From an uncultured Nitrospiraceae bacterium (GTDB lineage: Bacteria; Nitrospirota; Nitrospiria; Nitrospirales; Nitrospiraceae), in contig CAWJWJ010000002.1 of assembly GCA_963846575.1 (NCBI GenBank), positions 2,528,001 through 2,592,000 on the forward strand: DNA of 64,000 bases, read 5' to 3'. The position numbers and the translations under genes are program-made. Numbering within the stretch: position 1 is the stretch's first letter; each line of letters begins with the position of its first letter. Below are positions 9,810 through 19,135 of this stretch, one piece after another. The notes under the pieces were generated by a model that saw only the letters and a list, made by a program, of their open reading frames with translations, was not told where the DNA came from and made no database searches.

Positions 9810-11660
9810 TTGAAGAATGCCCGTTTCCTTATTCTCGGACTGCTATTGTCCCAAGCGTTGACCTCCGCAGGCTGCGACACCATTAAGTCGCGTTTTGCCC
9901 GCCAGACATTGCCCGACCTAGGCCCCCCGATTGCGCTGACGGTCCAAATGGACATGGACCCGTCATTGTCCGAAGCCAAGACTCAATACCTGGATGGCTG
10001 CAGCCGTATCCAACAACTCTCCATTGGACCGACTCTCGAAGATCTGCTGGTGCAGGCCGCCCATCAAACATTTCGCACCGTGCTCGTTTCCGGCGGCCAT
10101 GTTACCACTTCAAAGCCTGACATGACCGTGCGGGTGCGGATGCTCAATCCTCGGCTGAACATTCAAGTCGACGGTCTCTATGATCGCAAGCCGGCTGAAC
10201 TCAGTTTGGATGCCTTCGCGGAGTTCTATGATGGGGCCGGAAAACTACTCGTCGAACGTCCTCTGCAGGCCACGCGAAAGGAGCGGTTGCAACTCGAGCT
10301 GACCCAACAGCGATGTGACTACCTCATGGATTCCATCTTGCAAGATACGTCCACCATGCTGGCGACTCAATTTATGCAAGAGTCGCGTGCACTTCTGGAC
10401 CCCGCCAAAAAGACCGTGGGGTCGCCAACCTCAACCGCGCCTGCCGCGGCCGCCGCACCCAATCCAGCAGGCTCTGCCTCGGGCGCTCCGGTCGCTTCAA
10501 CGCCCGCCCTCTCTTTTAAAGCCACGCTGTTAGACGAGAATAACAATCTGATGCTCGAGGCGGGCGAACGGGTACGCATCCGCGTGGACGTCGTGAACAC
10601 CAGCCCTCAAGCGGTACAGGATATCGTCGTTCTACTCGCTGCTCCCCCTGCTCTTCTCGCACAATTTCCGGCAAAAAAACTGTCAGCGGGCACCCTTGAG
10701 CCAGGTGGATCCAAATCTCTGGAATTTGTCGCCACCCTTCCCTCTTCAGTGAGCACGCCACAGGCCGAATTTCAGGTCTCCCTGGCAGGTGGAACCGGCC
10801 TCAACGTCCCCCCACCCCAAACCCTACTCGCCTCCGTACTTCCGACAGGCTCGGCGAGCGACGACGTTGATCAGGTTCCCGCAGTGAGCGCCGGGCTTGA
10901 ACGATCAGGTGACTACCTGCTTTCCATCGGCCTCAGCAGTTATCGGGACCCGCATATCGCCGCACGGAAATATGCCGCCCTCGACGCGGAAATGGTCGCG
11001 ACCTATCTCCAATCATTGGGTGGTTTACCAAAGCATAATGTGCGGCTGTTGCAAGACTGGAACGCTCTACGTCCCGACATCGAGGAAGCCTTGCTCGACT
11101 GGCTGCCTTCAAAGATCACGAGCGACTCTGTCGTCACGGTGTACTTCGCCGGGCAGGCCATCGTCTCTCCCGCCGGAGAAACGTTCCTGATTCCCTACGA
11201 CGGTACCTTGGAAGCCACCACACGCCTCTATCCGCTGAAAGACCTGGAGACGGCTCTGGGTAGACTGAAAGCCAAACAAGTCCTCTTCTTGTTCGATGGC
11301 ACGGTGCTGAAAAACGGAACATCCGGGCGGGCGAAAGTATCGTCACCCAAGTGGAATGGGGCAAGTGATTCCGTGCTTCATGTGATTGCGACCACGGGAT
11401 TCGGGAAGAGCTTGGAGTCCGATACCCTGCGGCATGGATTGTTCACCTACTACATCCTGCGCGGGCTGCGGGGTGAGGCGGACCAAAACCGTAACGGGGA
11501 AGTAACCATCGGTGAGCTGACGGCCTACGTGAATCAACAGGTTCCGACAGTCGCTCGGAGTGATTTCAAACAAGATCAACAACCGCAAGTCCTGCCGGTT
11601 CCGCGAAGTTCGGACAGACGCCTCGAGATCATACTCACCAAACCGCCGGTTGCGCGCTAG
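9810..11660 (+). CDS. Lipoprotein with Ig-like middle domain and C-terminal caspase-like (peptidase C14) domain
   Basis: Lipobox TSAG-C; IG.S.Y, YA..DA, YFAGQ, LIPYDG, HGLFTYY.LRGL.GEAD.N.NGEVT..EL..YV, QQP are typical of bacterial C14 domains. Confidence 0.75.
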   Translation: MKNARFLILGLLLSQALTSAGCDTIKSRFARQTLPDLGPPIALTVQMDMDPSLSEAKTQYLDGCSRIQQLSIGPTLEDLLVQAAHQTFRTVLVSGGHVTTSKPDMTVRVRMLNPRLNIQVDGLYDRKPAELSLDAFAEFYDGAGKLLVERPLQATRKERLQLELTQQRCDYLMDSILQDTSTMLATQFMQESRALLDPAKKTVGSPTSTAPAAAAAPNPAGSASGAPVASTPALSFKATLLDENNNLMLEAGERVRIRVDVVNTSPQAVQDIVVLLAAPPALLAQFPAKKLSAGTLEPGGSKSLEFVATLPSSVSTPQAEFQVSLAGGTGLNVPPPQTLLASVLPTGSASDDVDQVPAVSAGLERSGDYLLSIGLSSYRDPHIAARKYAALDAEMVATYLQSLGGLPKHNVRLLQDWNALRPDIEEALLDWLPSKITSDSVVTVYFAGQAIVSPAGETFLIPYDGTLEATTRLYPLKDLETALGRLKAKQVLFLFDGTVLKNGTSGRAKVSSPKWNGASDSVLHVIATTGFGKSLESDTLRHGLFTYYILRGLRGEADQNRNGEVTIGELTAYVNQQVPTVARSDFKQDQQPQVLPVPRSSDRRLEIILTKPPVAR

Positions 11661-11806
11661 CCGAACCGTACTGGCAAAAGGTTGCAAGCCCACGATCCTG
11701 CCGGATCAAGGGGGACCGGAAGAAGTTCACCCCGGTCATCGTCTGCTATGAGGAATTCTATTTCCTCTTCATCCAGATCCATTTCAGAGACAGAACGGGT
11801 TGCAAC

Positions 11807-11841
11807 AAAAAAAGGGCGGCGAGTTTACCTCGCCGCCCTTT
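11807..11841 (-). terminator. Intrinsic terminator of the cytochrome c gene
   Basis: AAAGGGCGGCGAG-tttac-CTCGCCGCCCTTT perfect stem, with a T7 run on the minus strand. Confidence 0.85.
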
Positions 11842-11871
11842 GCCGTTCAGCATGCCCGCTGAAATGCTCGA

Positions 11872-12321
11872 CTATTCTTCTGCCTTGCAGAAACTCCGCT
11901 CATAATTGATGATCGTCCAGGCTTCTTCTTCCGTGATCGCCGCAGGGACCAGGGACACCATGCCCGTGCCCGCGCTACCATTCTTGATCACCCAGAAGAG
12001 TTCGCCATCTTTCCGCTTCTTGTGGAATTTGCAGTTCGTGAAGTTCCGTGGGCTCGGATTCAAAATCGCGCCGGCAGGGCCATCGCCCTTCCCTTCCTTA
12101 CCATGGCAATTGAAACAAGTGCCCTTGCCCTCGTACAGTGCCTTGCCCTTGGCAATGCTTTCCGGGTTTGAAGCAACCGGGTTCTTCATCGCCTTCGCTT
12201 CCGCCATCTGATCTGGCGCAACACGAGGCTTCAAAGGATCCTTTTCCTCCGCACCTACCACCGTCACAGACAGCAAGGTGACGGCCGCACACACTCCAAA
12301 AAACTTAGAAAGATACCCCAT
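11872..12321 (-). CDS. Periplasmic monoheme c-type cytochrome
   Basis: Signal peptide, CFNCH heme motif, distal Met (GTGM); ATG at 12321 behind AGGAGGAG. Confidence 0.9.
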   Translation of the reverse strand: MGYLSKFFGVCAAVTLLSVTVVGAEEKDPLKPRVAPDQMAEAKAMKNPVASNPESIAKGKALYEGKGTCFNCHGKEGKGDGPAGAILNPSPRNFTNCKFHKKRKDGELFWVIKNGSAGTGMVSLVPAAITEEEAWTIINYERSFCKAEE

Positions 12322-12421
12322 CACTACTCCTCCTTTGTGTTGAACCCACCGCGTGAACGATGACGCTCTTTTGAGAAAACAAAAGGGCAAAGAAACGAAT
12401 ACAGGGCGACAAAGCAGGCGA

Positions 12422-12451
12422 ACTATATCAACGCATTTTCTGTCTTGTCAA
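12422..12451 (-). promoter_or_regulatory. Sigma70-type promoter for the cytochrome c gene
   Basis: TTGACA-N18-TATAGT on the minus strand, about 100 nt upstream of the ATG. Confidence 0.6.
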
Positions 12452-12492
12452 GGGAACCGACGGCCTGGACCTTCCGCTCACCACCCGGTTCC

Positions 12493-12515
12493 TGACCCCA
12501 ATGACATTGGGGTCA
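12493..12515. repeat. Perfect 11-1-11 inverted repeat, putative operator
   Basis: TGACCCCAATG-A-CATTGGGGTCA read directly. Confidence 0.7.
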
Positions 12516-12742
12516 CTCAAGGGGCGTGCCAGAAAATAAAAATCCAGAACTACGGGGATTCGGACCAGTTGCGGCGGGGATTACGCCCGACTACTACGTA
12601 ACAGACTATAAACGTGTCACCTTTGCGCCCCACTCACCAAGGCGCCGCATCCAACCTGGGGCACGTGAAGGAGTACGTGAGAACTAACACCGGGCAGGAG
12701 ACCATCGAGAGCAGAGGAAATAACCGCGTCCACACTACCGCG

Positions 12743-13687
12743 TCAGCGCTTGATCACCACGTCCCGGACGACCTTTCCGCTGGGCCCAAACGGTTTTTGG
12801 GGCTTCCCGTTCAGTTCAGCGCGAACCCCCCCCGCGTTGCCGAGCGTCACGGTAAACTGATCCTGAGCTTTCCACTGAGCTTTTTCACCAGGACGCAACA
12901 ATGCCTCCTGGGGACTGCCTGCGTCGATCTGGACCACGACCCAGCTTAACTCCGTCGCATCTAAATCGAGTACGAGAGGACCGTCAGACCCGGAAGGACC
13001 ATTCATCGCCAGACCCGCCAGGGGACCTTCGGATCCCATCGACGGAGGAGGGGAAACAGAAACGGGTTCCGTGGAAATGGGTGCCGTCGCCACGACGGAA
13101 GGAGCGGCAGCAAGCGGAGCAGATAACTTTTCCTGAGACGTCTTGGGGGGACCGGAAGCGGGCTCAACCTCCTTGCTCACCGGAGCAATGGGAGGTGGGA
13201 GCTCGAGTCCTTGACGGGGTGAGAAGTCCCGCGCGTCCTTGCCGAACGGCGCGCTTTTTTTGCTGGTCGTCGGCGCATCCGATCCGGAGCGGCGGACTAG
13301 AGTGGAAGACTGCTCCCGGCTCAGCAGAAAGATCAGCGTCGCGATGGCCACCGCAATGGCGATCCCGACCGCTTTACGGTTGGCTTTACGGCGCCGCTCC
13401 TCTTCTACCTGCCGCTGTCTCAGTCGTTCCCGTTCTCCCTGCTTGTCATAGAATGCTCCGGCCGACTGAACAAATCGATGAATCGCGTCTTCCTCGTCCA
13501 ACCCCAGCGAGCGCGCGTAGGACCGGACGAATCCGCGCGCGAAGACTTGATCGGGCAGTTTGGCGAAATTTCCTTCTTCGAGCGCTTTGACAAAGTCCGT
13601 GCGGATGCGGGTCTTTGAGGCGACCTCGTCGACGGTCAGTCCCTTCGCCTCACGCACCTGCCGAAAAAATTCACCCACTGATTCCAT
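12743..13687 (-). CDS. rodZ: RodZ-like cell-shape protein (HTH, TM, DUF4115)
   Basis: N-terminal HTH (GEFFRQVREAKGLT...RGFVRSYARSLGLD), single TM, C-terminal SWV...GNAGGV. Confidence 0.85.
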   Translation of the reverse strand: MESVGEFFRQVREAKGLTVDEVASKTRIRTDFVKALEEGNFAKLPDQVFARGFVRSYARSLGLDEEDAIHRFVQSAGAFYDKQGERERLRQRQVEEERRRKANRKAVGIAIAVAIATLIFLLSREQSSTLVRRSGSDAPTTSKKSAPFGKDARDFSPRQGLELPPPIAPVSKEVEPASGPPKTSQEKLSAPLAAAPSVVATAPISTEPVSVSPPPSMGSEGPLAGLAMNGPSGSDGPLVLDLDATELSWVVVQIDAGSPQEALLRPGEKAQWKAQDQFTVTLGNAGGVRAELNGKPQKPFGPSGKVVRDVVIKR

Positions 13688-13696
13688 GGTATCCGC

Positions 13697-14395
13697 CTAT
13701 GGTTTAAGCTTGCCCAGCAATTCCTGCGCTGCGGCCGCCTGTTCTCCGCCCTTGTCCAGCGTCGCGACTTTCGAAAGTGCCTCGCGTGCCCGTACATCGA
13801 ACCCAAGTCTGTGGTACACCCGGGCCAACTCCAGCTGCAGCATCGCGGGTGGAACGTTCGGCGGTGAGACGGTCGTCGCATCTTCCAAGACTTCCATCGC
13901 TCCCTGCAGTTCGCCCTCGTGCATTAGGGCTTTACCCAAATGATACCGCGCCAGATCGGGCGTGGGATATAAGGGGTTGCTAAGGGCCTGCCGATACGCC
14001 GCAATTCCTTCCTTCCAACGATCTTGATTGACCAGCACCTGCCCGAGATAGGTATAGGCCTCAGCGTAATCGCTGTCGATGCGAATGGCCTGTCGGAAGG
14101 CTTCCTCGGCCAGTTTGAATCGGCCCTGCGAGGAATAAATATGTCCCAAGCCGTAGTGCGCCTCCTTATTGTCAGGATTCAGCTTCACGGCTTTTTGAAA
14201 CGACACATAGGCTTGCTGTTGATCCGAATTCAGTCGGGCAATGCCTTCTTGGTAGAACCCCTTGGACTTGCGCAGATTCTCTTCATCCGCGCAACCGGAA
14301 AGCAGACAGAGTCCGACCAGTACAAGAAGCCAGCGCTCTCGGCAGATGAGCTTTCGGTGTACCCGCGGACTCAGAACCGGTCGAATTGCGATCAT
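13697..14395 (-). CDS. TPR lipoprotein, PilF/PilW-like
   Basis: Lipobox LLSG-C, TPR repeats, ALSNPLYPTP motif, located upstream of rodZ; exact start uncertain. Confidence 0.75.
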   Translation of the reverse strand: MIAIRPVLSPRVHRKLICRERWLLVLVGLCLLSGCADEENLRKSKGFYQEGIARLNSDQQQAYVSFQKAVKLNPDNKEAHYGLGHIYSSQGRFKLAEEAFRQAIRIDSDYAEAYTYLGQVLVNQDRWKEGIAAYRQALSNPLYPTPDLARYHLGKALMHEGELQGAMEVLEDATTVSPPNVPPAMLQLELARVYHRLGFDVRAREALSKVATLDKGGEQAAAAQELLGKLKP

Positions 14396-15309
14396 GCGCC
14401 GATGTCCTCGAAGTGTGTGAGCTGCCTGAACTCTTTGAATCGCGCTTCAATCTCTTTGTAATCCAGGATCCTCAATCGGTCAAGGCTAAAGGCTTCTACG
14501 GTAAAGGAGGCCATGACGCTTCCGAAAATGATGGCCTGCCGCATCGCCGCCGAAGACCGGTTCCCCGTTGCCGCCAAATATCCTAGAAACCCGCCGGCGA
14601 ACGTGTCGCCCGCACCGGTCGGATCCCGCACGTCATCCAACGGAAAGGCGGGCGCGCCGAAGATATGCTGCTCATTGAACATGAGCACCCCGTATTCCCC
14701 CCGTTTGACAATGAGGTGCTTGGGCCCCCGCGAGAGAATCTTCTTCGCCACCTTGACCAGATTCGTGTCTTCACCCAACGCCCGCGCTTCGCCGTCATTG
14801 ATGATCAGAATATCGACATGTTCCAGCACCTTCCAGAGCGCATCACGCTTGCCATTGATCCAAAAGTTCATCGTGTCGCACGCGACCAACGCCGGCCGCT
14901 TCACCTGCTGCAGCACATCGAACTGCAATTCGGGATCAATGTTCCCTAAGAACAGCACCTCGGGTGAGGCATAATGCGCGGGGATTTTCGGGCGAAAGGT
15001 TTCGAACACATTTAGACGGGTGTCGAGCGTCTGGGCTTCGTTCAGTTGATGCGAATAGGCCCCTTTCCAACGAAACGTCGCGCCTGGTCGCCGTTCCAGT
15101 CCGGCCAGGTCGATCTTCCGGCTCTTGAGAAACGTCACGTGCTGATCGGGAAAATCCTCTCCGACGACCGCGATAAGATCCACACTCGTAAAATAGCTGG
15201 CCGCCGTGGAGAAGTACGTTGCCGACCCTCCCAGGACCTCGGACACCTCCCCAAACGGCGTTTTCACAGTGTCCAGCGCGACCGACCCGACTACCAGTAA
15301 CTTACCCAT
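14392..15309 (-). CDS. PfkB/ribokinase-family kinase
   Basis: GGSATY, VKRGEYG, DPTGAGDTFAGG signature. Confidence 0.9.
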   Translation of the reverse strand: MGKLLVVGSVALDTVKTPFGEVSEVLGGSATYFSTAASYFTSVDLIAVVGEDFPDQHVTFLKSRKIDLAGLERRPGATFRWKGAYSHQLNEAQTLDTRLNVFETFRPKIPAHYASPEVLFLGNIDPELQFDVLQQVKRPALVACDTMNFWINGKRDALWKVLEHVDILIINDGEARALGEDTNLVKVAKKILSRGPKHLIVKRGEYGVLMFNEQHIFGAPAFPLDDVRDPTGAGDTFAGGFLGYLAATGNRSSAAMRQAIIFGSVMASFTVEAFSLDRLRILDYKEIEARFKEFRQLTHFEDIGA

Positions 15310-15312
15310 GAT

Positions 15313-16215
15313 TCACCTGGTTCCTTTCCGCTTTCGCACATAGGGCGCAATGAAGAGATTCAACCGGTTCCTCGTCGAAGCTGAAATGTGCTGCGGCGCG
15401 GTCACGATCGCATTCCGCAGGGCCTGCTGACAGGGACAGAGCCGATCGGGCGCCAGCATCGGCACGATAGTTGTTAACATCCGTTTGGCGAGCGCAACAT
15501 TCTGGTGCAGAGTGGCAAGGATGGCCTCAACGGTTACCGCCTCTTCCGTCTCATGCCAGCAATCATAATCCGTCACCAACGCCACCGTTGCATAACAGAG
15601 TTCCGCCTCGCGGGCGAGCTTGGCTTCGGGCATATTCGTCATACCAATCACATCCACTCCCCACTGACGATACAGCCGAGATTCCGCCTTGGTCGAAAAT
15701 TGAGGCCCTTCCATGCACACATACGTCCCGCCCCGCTGAAGACCAGCCCCCACGGATTGTCCCGCCTGTTCCAGCGCATCAGCCAAGGATCGGCAGACTG
15801 GCTCGGCAAACCCGACGTGAGCGACGATACCCTCATCAAAGAAGGTCGACGCACGACGCTTCGTGAGATCAATGAACTGGTCAGGCAGTACCACGTCGCC
15901 CGGATGAATGGATTCTTTCATGCTCCCGACGGCGCTGACGGAAATCACTTGTGTGACACCGACCGATTTGAGTGCGTAGATATTTGCCCGGTAATTGATG
16001 GCGCTGGGATTGATCCGATGCCCGCGACCGTGCCGGGACAGAAACGCCACCCGGACACCACTCAGTGTGCCGACCACCAGGGCATCCGACGGCGCGCCAA
16101 AAGGTGTGCGGACGCGCATCTCCCGAACCTTTTCCAAGCCGTCGATATCGTACAACCCACTGCCGCCAATAATACCGATTGCAGGTTGAGCGGCTTTTTG
16201 TTTCAAACTTGTCAT
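15313..16215 (-). CDS. mtnP: S-methyl-5'-thioadenosine phosphorylase
   Basis: GIIGGSG, RHGRGH, NYRANI, EGPQFST.AES, GMT..PEAKLARE, TDYDCW. Confidence 0.92.
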   Translation of the reverse strand: MTSLKQKAAQPAIGIIGGSGLYDIDGLEKVREMRVRTPFGAPSDALVVGTLSGVRVAFLSRHGRGHRINPSAINYRANIYALKSVGVTQVISVSAVGSMKESIHPGDVVLPDQFIDLTKRRASTFFDEGIVAHVGFAEPVCRSLADALEQAGQSVGAGLQRGGTYVCMEGPQFSTKAESRLYRQWGVDVIGMTNMPEAKLAREAELCYATVALVTDYDCWHETEEAVTVEAILATLHQNVALAKRMLTTIVPMLAPDRLCPCQQALRNAIVTAPQHISASTRNRLNLFIAPYVRKRKGTR

Positions 16216-16254
16216 GCAGTCGATTCCATTCCCATCGTGAGTGATGTTGGATGA

Positions 16255-17244
16255 TCAGGCCACGGGCACCCGGTTAGGTAACTGCTCCACGAACGTGTGA
16301 ATGAGGTCGCCGAGGCGTCCGGCAATGTCCTCAGAATTCTCTAGGGTATCCAACGACCACCACTGCAGGCCCGGCTCCTTCCGAAACCACGTTAGCTGAC
16401 GTTTCGCAAAATGGCGCGTGTCGCGTTTCAACAGGCGACGCGCTTCGGCTTCGTCGTATTCGCCTGCCAGACATCCTGCGATCTGGCGGTATCCCAGCCC
16501 CTTCATGGCCCCCAGATCCCGTCCGTACCCCTTCGCCAACAGCTGAGCAGTTTCCTCCACTACGCCACGCGCAAACATCGCATCGACACGCTGGTCGATT
16601 CTTCGGTACAGGCGCTCGCGATCCCGAATCAATCCGATCATCAACAACGTGAACGATTGTTCTGAAAACCGATGCTGTCGGTGGATTTCCGACAGACGCC
16701 GCCCGGATACGCGATGGACCTCCAGCGCCCGCACGATCTTGACTTCATCGTGCGGATGGAGACGCTCGGCAAGGTCGGGATCAACACGCCTTAGTTCGCC
16801 GTGTAGAAACTGTCGTCCCTCCGTCCGGGCCTGCTGCACCAATGAGTCACGATAGTGTTGATCCGCAGGCGGGGCATCACACAACCCGTGAATGAGTGTT
16901 CGAACATACAACCCGGTGCCACCCACGACCAACGGCAGTCGTCGTTCACCATAGAGTCGTTCGATGTCCTGCAGGGCGAGCTGCCGATAGTCCCCGGCAT
17001 TGAACGACTCATCAGGATCGACCAGATCGATGAGCCGGTGAGGCACCCGCGCGCGCTGTTCGAGCGTGGGTTTGTCGGTGGCCACGTCCATCCCGCGGTA
17101 GACTTGGCGGGAGTCGGCCGTTAAGACCTCCGTGTCGAGGGCCGCCGCCAGCCGAATTCCAATCTCGCTCTTCCCGACGGCCGTCGGGCCGACCAACACC
17201 ACCAACGGCCGCGAAGCCAAGACCGATTCTGACAGCCGCACCAT
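16255..17244 (-). CDS. miaA: tRNA dimethylallyltransferase
   Basis: GPTAVGKS, DSRQVYRGMD, VGGTGLY, RALEV, TRHFAKRQLTWF. Confidence 0.96.
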   Translation of the reverse strand: MVRLSESVLASRPLVVLVGPTAVGKSEIGIRLAAALDTEVLTADSRQVYRGMDVATDKPTLEQRARVPHRLIDLVDPDESFNAGDYRQLALQDIERLYGERRLPLVVGGTGLYVRTLIHGLCDAPPADQHYRDSLVQQARTEGRQFLHGELRRVDPDLAERLHPHDEVKIVRALEVHRVSGRRLSEIHRQHRFSEQSFTLLMIGLIRDRERLYRRIDQRVDAMFARGVVEETAQLLAKGYGRDLGAMKGLGYRQIAGCLAGEYDEAEARRLLKRDTRHFAKRQLTWFRKEPGLQWWSLDTLENSEDIAGRLGDLIHTFVEQLPNRVPVA

Positions 17245-17263
17245 GCGATTTCACTCCCTCTCC

Positions 17264-19063
17264 CTAGGCACGATCAAACATGCGGGCCAAATCGTCTGCC
17301 GAGAGACGAAACGCCACACGACGGCCATGCGGACAGGTCATGATGAGGCCCTCCGTCACCCAGTCCTGGACCAATTGCTTGATCTCAGGAAGCGCCATCG
17401 CCCGGCCGGCCCGCACGGCCCCGTGGCAAGCCAGCGAGGCCAGGATCGGTTTTACTTTCAATTCAAGTGAAGAGATGGAGTCCCACTGCTCGAGATCATC
17501 GACCAGATCTTGCACGAGCGCAACCAGATCGGCATGCCCGAGCATGACGGGAAGGCTGCGGATGAGAAACGAGGACGGCCCGAACGGCTCGATCAGTAAA
17601 CCCAGTTGTTCCAATTCTTTCAGGTGACGATGGAGAATGAGCGCTTGCTGAACAGGAAGTTCCAACGACTCCGGCAGCAGCAGCGGCTGCGAAGGAAGAC
17701 TCCTGCCCTGCCACCCCCGCCACAAACGTTCAAACAACACCCGCTCATGCGCCGTATGCTGATCGATGACTTGCAACTCGGTCCCGACCTGGACCACTAG
17801 AAATGTGCGGCTCAGCTGCCCCAAGGGAAGAATGTCCGGCCCCGGGGGAACATCGTAGGATCTCGTCGCCTCCCCGACAAAGGATACTTGACCATCGGCC
17901 GGTGCGGTCGCGCTCAGAAAATGAGGTGAGCGGACGATCAGAGGGGGGCGGTTGTTCGCTCCGTCACCATCGAGGTCCTCGCGATGCAGGGGCACGGCCG
18001 AAGAGGTCAGGGCTATCACCGGCGCATGGACTGAACCTGCCACGGAGGCTTCAACCTGTGCGCGCCCGAGGCTGTGACGTACTACCGAGCGCACCAGCTG
18101 ATGCACATGCTCCGTATCAGCAAACCGTACTTCGCGTTTAGTCGGATGCACGTTGACGTCAACTCGATGCGGCTCGACATCGAGGAACAAGACATACAGC
18201 GGACTATGCCCCTTGGCGAGGAATGAACTGTACCCGTCAATCACGGCGTGCTGCACGGTACTGTTTCGAATCGGCCGACGATTGACAAACAATTCCTGTG
18301 GCGTCCGTCCGGCACGAGCCCTCACTGGATCGATGATGAAGCCCTTGACGGACAGTCCATCACGGTCGGTCTCGACAGCCAAGGCCCGGTCGCTGAATAC
18401 GGCACGGTAAACCTGCAGGACACGATCACGATGCGAGGCCACTCCGGGGAAGTTAAACACCTCATACCCATTGTGGATCAGACGAACGTGCACATGCGGC
18501 CAAGCTAAGCCTGCTTGCTGCAAGACATGGCTGATATGGGAAAACTCAGTCGTTGTGGACTTGAGAAACTTCTTGCGGGCCGGGGTGTTGTAGAAAAGTT
18601 CCGAGACTTCGATGGAGGTGCCGGGAATGGCTGCCGCATCTTCCACCCGGTTGATGGCCCCCGACGTGAGCCAGATCTGCGACCCGATGTCGGCCTGCCG
18701 AGCCACCGTCGTCAGCCGGACCTTGGAAACGGCCGCAATGCTAGGGAGCGCTTCACCGCGAAATCCCATCGTGCGAATGGCACTGAGCTGCTGGTCCGAT
18801 TGGAGTTTGCTGGTCGCATGACGCTCGAAGGCCAAACAGGCGTCGGCGCGCGACATCCCTTCGCCATCATCCGTGACGCGAATCAATCCCAGGCCGCCGT
18901 CCTTGATCTCGACGGTGATGGAAGTACTGCCGGCGTCCAGGCTGTTCTCGACCAGTTCCTTCACGACTGCAGCGGGTCGTTCTACGACTTCTCCAGCCGC
19001 AATTCGTCCGATGACATCGTTCGGAAGAACGTGGATCTTTCCCAAACTACTGGCTATGTCCAT
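17264..19063 (-). CDS. mutL: DNA mismatch repair endonuclease MutL
   Basis: IAAGEVVERP, ENSLDAG, GFRGEAL, DVNVHPTK, DQHTAHER, CPHGR; start at 19063 or 19090. Confidence 0.96.
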   Translation of the reverse strand: MDIASSLGKIHVLPNDVIGRIAAGEVVERPAAVVKELVENSLDAGSTSITVEIKDGGLGLIRVTDDGEGMSRADACLAFERHATSKLQSDQQLSAIRTMGFRGEALPSIAAVSKVRLTTVARQADIGSQIWLTSGAINRVEDAAAIPGTSIEVSELFYNTPARKKFLKSTTTEFSHISHVLQQAGLAWPHVHVRLIHNGYEVFNFPGVASHRDRVLQVYRAVFSDRALAVETDRDGLSVKGFIIDPVRARAGRTPQELFVNRRPIRNSTVQHAVIDGYSSFLAKGHSPLYVLFLDVEPHRVDVNVHPTKREVRFADTEHVHQLVRSVVRHSLGRAQVEASVAGSVHAPVIALTSSAVPLHREDLDGDGANNRPPLIVRSPHFLSATAPADGQVSFVGEATRSYDVPPGPDILPLGQLSRTFLVVQVGTELQVIDQHTAHERVLFERLWRGWQGRSLPSQPLLLPESLELPVQQALILHRHLKELEQLGLLIEPFGPSSFLIRSLPVMLGHADLVALVQDLVDDLEQWDSISSLELKVKPILASLACHGAVRAGRAMALPEIKQLVQDWVTEGLIMTCPHGRRVAFRLSADDLARMFDRA

Positions 19064-19135
19064 GGGAAGAAGCGCCCCCTGCGGTATCAAACGAGGACGA
19101 ATCGGAGGAGAGGAGACGAAGCGGCGGCTCTGCGG

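Noticed and set aside
12452..12492. Hairpin GGAACCG...CGGTTCC with internal GGAA, as SRP RNA
   Set aside because: Lacks the conserved SRP domain IV internal-loop motif (CAGG...GGAA...AGCA).
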